Shown one piece after another: positions 36,161 through 45,120 of a stretch of 64,000 nucleotides of DNA. The notes under the pieces were generated by a model. It was not told the origin of the DNA, did no database searches, and saw nothing but the letters and a program-made list of their open reading frames with translations. Within the stretch, counting starts at the first letter, position 1. Each line of letters starts with the position of its first letter. The stretch is from UHGV virus genome UHGV-0229283; one strand, written 5' to 3'. The translations under genes and the position numbers were made by a program. The DNA is from a virus.

Positions 36161-36364
36161 GCGACACAATAACACTAGGGTAACTCAAATGCGAACAAAT
36201 CGCATTCTCGTTCGCGTTATCGTGGCTCGTAGACGCTACGATCAAGGACGAAATTATTACAGTGTATTATCATTACATCCGTAATGATTAGCAATGGAAC
36301 TTTATCACATCGCCACGATAACACCGATCAACTATCGTTGATCGCCCTAGTGTTATTGTGTCGC
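36161..36364. repeat. perfect 20-bp inverted repeat pair flanking ATCGTGG/CCACGAT iterons
   Basis: GCGACACAATAACACTAGGG at 36161-36180 and its exact reverse complement at 36345-36364. Between them are CGCGTAATCGTGG, CGCGTTATCGTGG and CGCCACGATAACACC. Confidence 0.5.
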
Positions 36365-37491
36365 TGGTGATGGTAACACCCCGTTATTATTATGTGATTA
36401 AATGAAATTTAATGGTTGACAAATAGCAATAAATCACTTGCCAATGTGGGCCTATGGCCTATGGAAAGGCCTGTTTTTGAGCATGGAAGAAGTGTAAACT
36501 GTCAAGTGTTTTTATTATCGAAAATTCCTATCAATGCCTTGCGTGGCAATAAAGAAAATAGTTACTTATTGTAACTATTTCAATGCTTTAGCATTGCCGG
36601 GTATCCGGTCCGTAACGGGCTTATGTGAGAATAGTTATCATTGGGGAAATGCTCAAAGTATAGCTGTGTGTTAAACACGATTCTCTCTCCTTGTCAAGCT
36701 TTTATTTATAAATTTACAAAATATTTATATTTGCGGAATGATTCTCATTTCGAAATTGAATTCGAAATCGAAATAATAATGATTCTCATTCGTCATCTCA
36801 TTCACAAAACAACCCTAAAACATGAATAATCACACATGAAACTATCACCACAGTAACAGTCACACCATGTAATGACCTGAAGCGGCTGGCCTATGCGTCA
36901 CACTGGTAACATTGGGGCATTATTAGCTTGCTATGTGTTGTTGGTCAGTGCGTATAACGTGTTTTATGTTAAATGGTGTAATTCATATAAATATAAGCTT
37001 GTCAATAGCAAATCGTGCTCTAAGCTGGCAAACCATATGCTTGCTATATGTCACATTTGATTATTATTAGTTTCGGCAAGTAACTATCATGCCTGAAGAG
37101 GCCCCGAGGAACCGGGAACCGGATCGACCTTGCCCATGATATTTTGTAAAGATCCGTAAAAATATTTGACGCCCGGAGCTGTCCGTCTAGCACCGCAGAT
37201 GGTGAGAACAGGATATTTTTCGGCAAGTGATATTTTCGGCAGGGGGCCTGTTTTGATTTCCCCACGGGGGAAGGGGTGGTTATACGGGGAAAACAGGGGC
37301 CTGTTTACGGTATCGACATATCGGGGAGTCCCTTCAGATTGTGTGTTAATGAAATGAGTACGTAGTACAATGAGAATCATTCTCATTTACAGACAACCGG
37401 GCAGGTCCGGTGATTGTTTCGTGCAGCCTCAGCACCTGTTGCTGTGTGCAGGATAACAGGGTTGCCTATTCAGGTCAACCCCTTCGTGCGG

Positions 37492-37779
37492 TCACCACTG
37501 ATGAAATCTTTTGTGCTCCCATCTCGCCCGGCTGATGATACACCACATAGCCTGTTCATCATAGAAACCAAGCGCTTTAAGCTCTTGCTTCACATCGCTC
37601 AACTGTGCGTATAAATAAAGCTTTTTACTACCTTGACGCAGGAGGATAGCTGGTACAAGTGTCTTTGCATAGTCCAACAACACCTCTATTCTCTGCCTTT
37701 TCCCTTCAGATTTCTTGCGTGGGCAATTCCTGATGTGTGCCAGTTTTGCTGGCGCTTTTACTACTTTGTTGAAAGCCAT
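37492..37779 (-). CDS. hypothetical basic protein
   Basis: 95 aa, Lys- and Arg-rich. It is the most promoter-distal gene of the leftward block that begins near 41.9 kb. Confidence 0.5.
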   Translation of the reverse strand: MAFNKVVKAPAKLAHIRNCPRKKSEGKRQRIEVLLDYAKTLVPAILLRQGSKKLYLYAQLSDVKQELKALGFYDEQAMWCIISRARWEHKRFHQW

Positions 37780-38195
37780 AGAGGTTCCTTAAAGAATGGT
37801 TGTGATGATCAGACATTGTTGTGTGGTTCTCATCATTGCATGGGTGGCCTGGCCCGTTGGAGGGTCGTTATTGTCATCATCGTCATCTACGAATAAGGTA
37901 AGGACCACCACCACGATGGCAACAATCCCCAACACCCAAAGAACTATAAGTCCCATCATTCATCCTTCTTAGCCACTGGCCCAATAGATACGTACAACAT
38001 CATCCCATAAGGGATAAGGATCAGGAGCACTGTAATCAGCATCCCTAGTAATAAGAAACCCATGTCGTCCATAAAATTCTCCTCGTGTAATTGATAGAGG
38101 GAGTATAATCGCCGAGCCTGTTTACGTCAAGGTAAATTGATGCTCCACTTTAGATAAAAGAAAAGGAGCCTCTTCAGACTCCCTTGTGGTGTGGG

Positions 38196-38624
38196 TCAGA
38201 TATTCTTGACTGCGATCAGGTTTGGGACATACGTACATGTTGGGGAGTAAGTGGTGTCCTTCCTGCGAAGCTGTGTCTTGCACAGAGAAGCATGTGATTG
38301 TGTGTCCACAGGCTCTCGGTCATAGAACGGATATCCGCTGCACATGTACGGGCGATCCTCGTAAATTGAGCACTTGTTGTCTTTCAGCTTTGTGCAGGTA
38401 AAGTAGCTGGTGAAGTGATTTGTTCCTTTACCAACTTCCTCACGACCTGCAACAACAAGAGGATTCCGTTTGTAGGCCTCATCCCTGGAGATTGGTTTCA
38501 TCATCTCCCCGTGGATAGCAGATATTCTTCCGGCCCTGATTTTTTCGTGGAAGTCTTCGTGGGTGATGTTGTCTATGGCGATAACTTCACAACAGGCACT
38601 GCAATTATGGCAATGTTTTATCAT
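38196..38624 (-). CDS. CxxCxxCC zinc/iron-chelating domain protein (YkgJ/UPF0153-like)
   Basis: HCHNCSACCEV motif near the N-terminus, with additional Cys residues. Confidence 0.5.
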   Translation of the reverse strand: MIKHCHNCSACCEVIAIDNITHEDFHEKIRAGRISAIHGEMMKPISRDEAYKRNPLVVAGREEVGKGTNHFTSYFTCTKLKDNKCSIYEDRPYMCSGYPFYDREPVDTQSHASLCKTQLRRKDTTYSPTCTYVPNLIAVKNI

Positions 38625-38909
38625 TTATAACCTCATCCAGGTTTGATAGTCAGCTTCTGTGTGGTGCTCATCCCGTGCAACCTTTTGTGGTGGAGCAGGG
38701 TTCTTTGCAGCAGCTTCCATGATTCCCCGTGGGTCGGGGTCTTCAATCAGGTGTTTGTGTTCATCACAGGCGTAATGCTTGTACCAGTCACGCAGTCCCC
38801 ACGGTGGTTGGTATTTCGTCATAACTGTGCAGCGCCTGCGGATGCCAATGGCTTTGCAGAATTTGCAGTAGGTTATAGGTTTGCACTTCTTCAGCGGGAT
38901 ATGTTTCAT
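38625..38909 (-). CDS. Cys-rich hypothetical protein
   Basis: 94 aa with CKFCKAIGIRRRC...YACDEHKH. Confidence 0.45.
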   Translation of the reverse strand: MKHIPLKKCKPITYCKFCKAIGIRRRCTVMTKYQPPWGLRDWYKHYACDEHKHLIEDPDPRGIMEAAAKNPAPPQKVARDEHHTEADYQTWMRL

Positions 38910-39112
38910 TAATAGTAATCCTCAGGTCCACCCATATACCAGGAGTCTGGTGCATCACCCAGATCAGCCTCTCCCCAGTCACGGCTCTTTTTGCCTTTGG
39001 TCTGTTCCTTTCCAAAAAGAGCAGTCCCGTCAAGAAGGTGGCCCATAGCTTTCTCGCCCTTTTTGACGATCCTTCCACGGGCATTCCATTCTTCAAATGT
39101 TCTGTAGGCCAT
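38909..39112 (-). CDS. hypothetical protein
   Basis: 67 aa. Confidence 0.4.
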   Translation of the reverse strand: MAYRTFEEWNARGRIVKKGEKAMGHLLDGTALFGKEQTKGKKSRDWGEADLGDAPDSWYMGGPEDYY

Positions 39113-39121
39113 AATTTTCCA

Positions 39122-39367
39122 TCACCAAAGAATTACATAGTTATGCTTCAAGCATCTCTTCATACCATGAAGGTCGGCCTGAATGCACAAGATGACCAGC
39201 TCACGATCGAAAGATGTCATGCCGTCTTCATGGCAACTCTTTACATAGTTTTCGATCCAAACTTCATCTGTTAACAGCGCCTCTGTGGTAGCAATTTCTT
39301 GCTTTATCCACTCACGCTCTTCAGGTGTTATTGGGGTCCCCATCCTTGCATCCGTAAAGATATTCAT
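39122..39367 (-). CDS. hypothetical protein
   Basis: ORF 39122..39400 trimmed to MNIFTDARM, which has a GGGAGATGA Shine-Dalgarno. Confidence 0.45.
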   Translation of the reverse strand: MNIFTDARMGTPITPEEREWIKQEIATTEALLTDEVWIENYVKSCHEDGMTSFDRELVILCIQADLHGMKRCLKHNYVILW

Positions 39368-39546
39368 GGTGTCATCTCCCACCAAACATTGAACATCCAT
39401 GCTGAAAGAAATGCATGGGCAATCATCATGAGACCAGGGAAAACAAACGGATCTTCTTTTTTACGAAGCAGGAGTGTTAATCCCTGCAACCCACAGCAAA
39501 CCGTGTTCAAAATGAACAAGAAAAACGTAAATACTAAGACAAACAT
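39364..39546 (-). CDS. small membrane protein
   Basis: ORF 39364..39597 trimmed to MFVLVFTFFLFIL. Hydrophobic. Confidence 0.35.
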   Translation of the reverse strand: MFVLVFTFFLFILNTVCCGLQGLTLLLRKKEDPFVFPGLMMIAHAFLSAWMFNVWWEMTP

Positions 39547-39758
39547 ATCCTTACTCCCAAAGACCAAAGTGATTAAGTACCGCGATGATGAGAACAATGG
39601 CTACGACTTTCAGGATAAAAGGCAGACATCCGAGGTTCTCATAAACACCGCTTCTTTCCGCATTGAAGTGATCGCGGACGATCGCTCTCATTATCCAGAA
39701 ATTCATAGCTCCTCCTCTTGATTAGATACCCTGAGGATATATTACTATCCATGAGGTG

Positions 39759-40001
39759 TCAAGGCTCTTTTCCAAAAAGAATACGATCATGACCGACAAT
39801 AGCCTTCGTCTTTTCCTTCAGAGCGAACCGCTTTGTCCAGTCAGCCATGTCCTGAATGTACCAACAAGCCTCTGCCGCTGCACGAATATTCGCTACATAT
39901 TCGAGTGCGCCCTGATACCCACGAGAAACACCCTCCGCCCACCGGATACCGCCCCTTTTTGCTTCCAGATGCTCTAATGCCTTCTTAACATTTTCCATCA
40001 T
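39759..40001 (-). CDS. hypothetical protein
   Basis: ORF 39759..40076 trimmed to MMENVKK, which has a GGAGGT Shine-Dalgarno. Confidence 0.4.
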   Translation of the reverse strand: MMENVKKALEHLEAKRGGIRWAEGVSRGYQGALEYVANIRAAAEACWYIQDMADWTKRFALKEKTKAIVGHDRILFGKEP

Positions 40002-40299
40002 CGACCTCCAGCAGATATTTTTGCCAGCGGCGCATACTGACATCATGGAGTTTACGACTGCCAAGGAGATTTGCAATCTTCCATGATTTTACTTCAGGAA
40101 ATTCCTTTTTTACAACACCTTGAAGATGCCCGTTTATTTTTCTACGGGTCTCCACTGCACGTTTATAACCTTTAGTTTTGAACAGGCTACACCAGGTGTC
40201 TCTGGTATTTGCATCGATGCTGAAACTTCTCATCACTAACTGGAAGATACGCTGGCGGTGGCCCGTGCATGTCTCATCGAGGACATAATAATTTTTCAC
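39985..40299 (-). CDS. hypothetical protein
   Basis: 104 aa. Confidence 0.45.
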   Translation of the reverse strand: MKNYYVLDETCTGHRQRIFQLVMRSFSIDANTRDTWCSLFKTKGYKRAVETRRKINGHLQGVVKKEFPEVKSWKIANLLGSRKLHDVSMRRWQKYLLEVDDGKC

Positions 40300-40386
40300 A
40301 AGAACTCCTTCACAAAAAGATCGACGGCAAAATCCAGGCCCCGGCGTAGCGGGGGTACTGGATTTGGACGGCGCGGCGCTTCGCGC

Positions 40387-40935
40387 CTATACACGATCCC
40401 CAAACAGTTTTTCAAAGCTAGCCATTCTTTCTTTCACCCGTTCAGGGTCTGCGGACAAGAAGTGGCGACTATCGCCCCTGATAAGTGTTCCAGTGTAGCC
40501 GATACTTTTATTAAAGGCTGTGGCGATGTCTTCCACAGCATATCCTCTCTTGTGCAGTTCCCTTATGACCGCGACATCCTCGTCACTAAGTGCTTGATTT
40601 CCAGCCTTGATGTTCTTAGCAGTACCTTCGGGACCATTTTTACCCTTCACCATCCCTGTAACCTCATAAAAGTATTCCGGGATTCTTGAAGGAACCAGCA
40701 CAGGATCTCTTAATCGGACGGCCTTTATAACCTTGTGGTATGAGATTCCCATCATTTCGGCTACTTTCGTCAAAGGCCATTTGGTGTACTTCTTGATGGC
40801 TTTCAGAAAGATAACCTCCTCGTTTGAGAGCGATCTCCCATTGGGGGTCCCACTCGGGTCCCACCATTGGTAATCTCTTGCCATCTGCTGTAAAGACTGC
40901 GTTCCCATAGCCATATTTTTGCTTTCTATCTTCAT
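40387..40935 (-). CDS. putative DNA-binding protein with two HTH-like segments
   Basis: TKVAEMMGISYHKVIKAV and VEDIATAFNKSIGYTGTLI both look like helix-turn-helix segments. Confidence 0.5.
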   Translation of the reverse strand: MKIESKNMAMGTQSLQQMARDYQWWDPSGTPNGRSLSNEEVIFLKAIKKYTKWPLTKVAEMMGISYHKVIKAVRLRDPVLVPSRIPEYFYEVTGMVKGKNGPEGTAKNIKAGNQALSDEDVAVIRELHKRGYAVEDIATAFNKSIGYTGTLIRGDSRHFLSADPERVKERMASFEKLFGDRV

Positions 40936-41102
40936 TCACCGCCACTCCATCTTTACGCAACCGTAGCCTTTGTCCTTACATTTTACCATCTGCCGAATGG
41001 CCTCGTCAAAGCTTTCGCCCTGCCAGAATACGTAATATTTATACTCACCCTCGTGGGCGTTTGTCCAGTATTGGACAGTAAAAGTGCTTCCCATATTAAC
41101 TC

Positions 41103-41285
41103 CTAATGATCGCCAAAAATACGTAGAAGGGAGAGATTAGTCCAGAAGGCAAAGGACATCCCAAACAGCAACATCCCGACAAAATCATGGGACTCGGCAG
41201 TTTGTGCCAACCCAGTCCCCATCACAAAGGACATGAAAACACATCCCAGGGTTTTCCAGATTTCAATCATATAGACCCTTCCCAA
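41103..41285 (-). CDS. small membrane protein
   Basis: 60 aa with two hydrophobic helices. Confidence 0.35.
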   Translation of the reverse strand: MGRVYMIEIWKTLGCVFMSFVMGTGLAQTAESHDFVGMLLFGMSFAFWTNLSLLRIFGDH

Positions 41286-41512
41286 ATCTCAAAGTTGTTG
41301 CCGAGACTGGGGAGGACGTGCTCATTAATCTGAGTGCATCGATAGCCCTCTCCTCCAAACATGGTTCCCAAGCTGTAGACTATGTACAGACTACCTTTTT
41401 GAGAAAGGTAGGTGTAAATGCCCTGCAACCACTTCGGGTCCCTGAAGTAAATTCCATTGCTCCGAGATTTCTTCAGAGCAGACTTTATCAAAACCAAATC
41501 ATCGTAAATCAT
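41267..41512 (-). CDS. hypothetical protein
   Basis: 81 aa. Confidence 0.45.
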   Translation of the reverse strand: MIYDDLVLIKSALKKSRSNGIYFRDPKWLQGIYTYLSQKGSLYIVYSLGTMFGGEGYRCTQINEHVLPSLGNNFEIWEGSI

Positions 41513-41524
41513 ATTTTATCCTCA

Positions 41525-41773
41525 TTAAGGCTTGGAAGGAGGGGCTGGTGGTGGGCCTGGTCGCAACATCTTAGCAGAGACTGCGGCGATAATCTCTTCC
41601 CGTGTGGGATAGTAAATGCACTCATCCTCTTTTTCCTGGACGTGCTCTGCAATCTTTGACATTGCACTTTCTTTCGTCAAAGAGGGATTCCAAATGGTTA
41701 GCCACAGGAACCCAAAGAATTTTTCCTGCACCCACCATCGCCCACCCTGACATTTTAGCCTAAATTTATTCAT
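41525..41773 (-). CDS. hypothetical protein
   Basis: ORF 41525..41881 trimmed to MNKFRLKCQGG, which has an AAGGGGG Shine-Dalgarno. This gives ATGA coupling to a short upstream ORF. Confidence 0.4.
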   Translation of the reverse strand: MNKFRLKCQGGRWWVQEKFFGFLWLTIWNPSLTKESAMSKIAEHVQEKEDECIYYPTREEIIAAVSAKMLRPGPPPAPPSKP

Positions 41774-41915
41774 TGTAAGAAACCCCCTTAACATAACGCC
41801 AAGTTTTACGGTAATATGCCAGCCACTTGGCAAGCTCGTCTTCACCGACACCAGATTTGCACAAATACCAGCCGTTGTCAACGCTTACCCGTCCATAGAT
41901 GCAAAATTTTTTCAT
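41766..41915 (-). CDS. hypothetical small protein (49 aa)
   Basis: Unlisted ORF MKKFCIYGRVSVDNGWYLCKSG... with a GGGAGG Shine-Dalgarno. Confidence 0.3.
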   Translation of the reverse strand: MKKFCIYGRVSVDNGWYLCKSGVGEDELAKWLAYYRKTWRYVKGVSYNE

Positions 41916-41991
41916 ACGCCTCCCCATGATTTCTCCTTTGAAATTGTTTATCTTGGCATTATGACAGAAAGAGAGGTCTTGTCAACAGTTG

Positions 41992-42020
41992 ATTGATACC
42001 AAATTTGTTGGTATAATCAT
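41992..42020 (+). promoter_or_regulatory. near-consensus sigma70 promoter
   Basis: TTGATA, a 17-nt spacer, then TATAAT, upstream of the gene at 42046. Confidence 0.5.
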
Positions 42021-42045
42021 TTAAAAAATATGGAGGGGGGTTGTT

Positions 42046-43011
42046 TTGGAACACCATGTTACCACACAATATAGAAGATCTGGGGTACTAGTTTATATGG
42101 TTTGTATTGTAGGCTACGAAGAGTTCGGAGGTTTCGAAGTTCCCGCGTTAGTTTATAATTATCGGAAGAACGAAGTCAGAAGCCTGCTTAATCGTAAAGT
42201 AGTGGAGTTCAAAAACCTGAAAAAGGAGAGAGGCCTAAAGGGGGTCCCACCTAAGATGGAAAAACCCCCTAAGAAAATTTCCAGAGCTGGCCCAGCAAAG
42301 ACGGCGAAAAAAGGGATGTATAAAGTCAGAGAATCTGAAAGAACCAATGCAAAAGGCCACCATGTGTATATCGATTACAAGTGCCCTGTTTGTCGCAAGG
42401 ATGTGTTTTCAAAGGCGGGTATTTGTGATGGTTGGTTCACTATGAGGAGATCCGATTTTGAAAGCGGGAAACTCGCGTGCAGGTGTAGTAGTAGCTATAG
42501 ATACACTGAAAGACAAAGAATTTTCCAGATTGAGAGCGTGGCGAGAAATTTGGAATTTATTGGTTGGGTAAGTGGGTATGAAGGCAAGAATGCAAAGACA
42601 CTAGAGATCACGATGAGGTGCCAAAAACATGGTGATTTTATTACTACCTTCGACCGACTTTACCATAAGGGGTGTGGGTGTCCTGAATGTGCGGGTAAAA
42701 ACCAAAAGTTTTCATATATCCATCTTATCGAGGGTGAGCAAGGTTTTAAATTCGGTATCAGTAAAGACCCAAAATATAGGATATCAAAGATGAACTCCAT
42801 GAACAGGGCCAAGGCTAAGAACATAGGTGTCTGGGAGTTCTCCTCAGCAGAAAAGTGCAAAAAAGCAGAGAAGGAATGTAAAAAAAGAGTAGTCACAGGC
42901 TTTATATCAAAGGAATACATGAAAGATGGGTGGACTGAAACAGCTTCTGTGCTAGACTTAGAAAAAGTCATCTCCATCTATGAAAAACATGGTGGAAAAA
43001 GAATCAAATAG
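42046..43011 (+). CDS. T5orf172 (GIY-YIG superfamily)-domain protein with Zn-finger-like Cys pairs
   Basis: TTG start after GGAGGGGGG. C-terminal YIHLIEGEQGFKFGISKDPKYRISKMN matches the T5orf172 pattern. Cys pairs CPVC and CGCPEC. Confidence 0.55.
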   Translation: MEHHVTTQYRRSGVLVYMVCIVGYEEFGGFEVPALVYNYRKNEVRSLLNRKVVEFKNLKKERGLKGVPPKMEKPPKKISRAGPAKTAKKGMYKVRESERTNAKGHHVYIDYKCPVCRKDVFSKAGICDGWFTMRRSDFESGKLACRCSSSYRYTERQRIFQIESVARNLEFIGWVSGYEGKNAKTLEITMRCQKHGDFITTFDRLYHKGCGCPECAGKNQKFSYIHLIEGEQGFKFGISKDPKYRISKMNSMNRAKAKNIGVWEFSSAEKCKKAEKECKKRVVTGFISKEYMKDGWTETASVLDLEKVISIYEKHGGKRIK

Positions 43012-43019
43012 GAGATAAA

Positions 43020-43259
43020 ATGTCAGAACAAATTCTCGAACAAGACAAGTACAAAATTTACGAAATCGTCCTCATCGATGGTCAATACGAGGCAACCATT
43101 CGGGATATCTATACCCGGACTGTCCGCAAGGACGAGGATACCGTTGAGGTCTATGTGTCTTATCGTCTTCACGAGAAAGATTGGTGGTATGAGGAGATTC
43201 TCCCACACCGTGTACAAAAGCTAAATGGCGAACTTAACTTTGGAGATAAAAAATGCTAG
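43020..43259 (+). CDS. hypothetical protein
   Basis: 79 aa. Confidence 0.5.
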   Translation: MSEQILEQDKYKIYEIVLIDGQYEATIRDIYTRTVRKDEDTVEVYVSYRLHEKDWWYEEILPHRVQKLNGELNFGDKKC

Positions 43260-43549
43260 AATTAGAAGATAGTGGTATGCCTGATCGTAACGAGCCAGAC
43301 CATAAGGTTTGTGTTGATTCCATCTGCCTGCTGTATGGATTCTCGGAGGATAATATCCTTAATGGAAAACGCTGTCTTGTGCTGGAGAAGACCATCCTCG
43401 GTGTAAATGGATATTACCCTCGTCACGAATCTTGGTTTCTTTGCCACGTTGATGGACTTCCATATCTGCATGATATCCGAGTTGATCACTTGATGCACTT
43501 GGATGATTCAGATCATCTCGTGATAGAAAAGCTATCCAAAGGTCAATAA
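43253..43549 (+). CDS. hypothetical protein
   Basis: 98 aa. Confidence 0.5.
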   Translation: MLELEDSGMPDRNEPDHKVCVDSICLLYGFSEDNILNGKRCLVLEKTILGVNGYYPRHESWFLCHVDGLPYLHDIRVDHLMHLDDSDHLVIEKLSKGQ

Positions 43550-43581
43550 AAAAAAACCCGGCAATCGCCGGTTTTTTTTTA
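43548..43581. terminator. bidirectional rho-independent terminator
   Basis: AAAAAAAACCCGGCAATCGCCGGTTTTTTTTT lies between convergent genes. Confidence 0.65.
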
Positions 43582-43953
43582 TACATCTTTCAACCATTCA
43601 TTCCTTTCGGTATAAATCATACGGTTTTTCTTCTTCCTGTTGAGGGCAGCAGGTATCACCTGAATATTATCACCACAGTTAAGGCCGGACACTTTAGTTG
43701 CCCTGAGGGGAAGCATGTGGTCTGGTTCCCACTTTATTCCAGTATCTTCACAGCGAACAGAACACAAGTGGTCAGCCTCATCTCTGACAAACTCATCCCA
43801 CTCACTATGGAGGGTAGCACGTTTCTCTGCTTCAATACGAGCAAGACGAATACGAAGTTGTTCTGCTTTACCTTCCGGTGTGGAACGCCGCTGACGATCA
43901 ATCTCACGACGACGGGCGGCATACTGACGATAATACTCCTGACGATCTCTCAT
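43579..43953 (-). CDS. HNH-nuclease-like protein
   Basis: EPDHMLPL...NIQVIPAALNRKK looks HNH-like. Arg-rich N-terminus. Confidence 0.45.
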   Translation of the reverse strand: MRDRQEYYRQYAARRREIDRQRRSTPEGKAEQLRIRLARIEAEKRATLHSEWDEFVRDEADHLCSVRCEDTGIKWEPDHMLPLRATKVSGLNCGDNIQVIPAALNRKKKNRMIYTERNEWLKDV

Positions 43954-43965
43954 AAGAATCTCCTC

Positions 43966-44445
43966 TTAGTGCAAGGTCAGAAATACCGTCAACAGGCCGT
44001 AGAGAACTGCCGCCAGGAGAAACCAGCGGTTATTGGAATTTCTGAACCAGTCTTTTACTCGGTATTTTACACCTAGCGTTTTCTTGTGTTCACTGATAAT
44101 CCTATCCAACGATCTATAGAGATCACGAATAGAGGCTTCGAACCCTTCATAACTATCAAAGGCCTCTTCCAGATGTTCTGGATCGAGCTTCCCCATGTCT
44201 CCAACACGAAAAGTGTAAGTTGTTGGTCTTATGGTATTTGAACCCCTAGTGACATCCAGACGACCAACTTTTATAGAAAAAAGGATGCCGTTTTTGGCAT
44301 CCCTTATGACGAGAACTCGTTCTTCTGTCACAGGCTCCCTTACGAGAGCGATGCAACCTTTTGAGTTTTCTATAAAACCCTTTTCCAGCAGAGTATGCCA
44401 GTGCTCTCGAAGGATAGGGTGTTCACGTACAATCTTTTGAAACAT
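43966..44445 (-). CDS. hypothetical protein
   Basis: 159 aa. Confidence 0.5.
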   Translation of the reverse strand: MFQKIVREHPILREHWHTLLEKGFIENSKGCIALVREPVTEERVLVIRDAKNGILFSIKVGRLDVTRGSNTIRPTTYTFRVGDMGKLDPEHLEEAFDSYEGFEASIRDLYRSLDRIISEHKKTLGVKYRVKDWFRNSNNRWFLLAAVLYGLLTVFLTLH

Positions 44446-44517
44446 ACTAACCTCCTATCTTAATGATAGATCCATTTTATCATGAAAAACAGGGTTATCA
44501 TATAAGATAGGGACGAT

Positions 44518-44748
44518 TCAGCACTTAAAACTGCACTTGGGACAAGGACAAGAGATACCGTGGAAGCATAAACCCGTGCCATCTTTTCTAACACCAGTGC
44601 CACCACAATTCGGACAAGAGTCATGCAAGCACTTCACAGTTCCGGTATCACCTGAAGAAGGCCATACAACTTTCTCGATGCATTGCTGGGCATAGTATCT
44701 TTCTCTCATAATCTTTGCCTGTTCTGGAGTGAGAAGACCATAACTCAT
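44518..44748 (-). CDS. zinc-ribbon mini-protein
   Basis: CPNCGGTG...CPCPKCSFKC. Confidence 0.45.
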   Translation of the reverse strand: MSYGLLTPEQAKIMRERYYAQQCIEKVVWPSSGDTGTVKCLHDSCPNCGGTGVRKDGTGLCFHGISCPCPKCSFKC

Positions 44749-44907
44749 ACTGTATACCCCTTACATTGTAGCCAAACAAAGAAATCCTCCATCCAATCTT
44801 CCTGATCTCTGGTGTCGGGCCAGTTCTCAGGCTCTTCGGAGAGATTCCTGTGCATTTTATATTCTGATTGCCATTCTGAAATCAGTTCTACCATTCTACC
44901 CATAAAC

Positions 44908-45120
44908 TCAAGCTGTCGCATTTCTTCTCCTCATAACATAGTGGATTAAGGCCCCGAAGGGCCATGCAAAACCGATGGCAAAACAAATTTCAGACCAATC
45001 CCGATCCGTCTTGGCCTTATAGATTTGCTTCAGGACTGTGTCCTTTTCCATCCTGATTGAGTATACCACGGCTATGATTGAATATGCAACACCAAATATC
45101 CCTACCAGCGCTTCAATCAT
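44908..45120 (-). CDS. small membrane protein
   Basis: 70 aa with two hydrophobic helices. Confidence 0.45.
   Translation of the reverse strand: MIEALVGIFGVAYSIIAVVYSIRMEKDTVLKQIYKAKTDRDWSEICFAIGFAWPFGALIHYVMRRRNATA

Noticed and set aside
25566-37385. Fur-like palindromes as attL/attR of an integrated element
   Set aside because: The motif also occurs internally (33553, 36029, 36626 and elsewhere). The copies are operator-like palindromes and not direct repeats, so this is more consistent with regulator-binding sites than with attachment sites.
40664-40960. 98-aa ORF overlapping the HTH gene 40387..40935 in another frame
   Set aside because: It is almost fully contained in a longer, better-supported ORF on the same strand.
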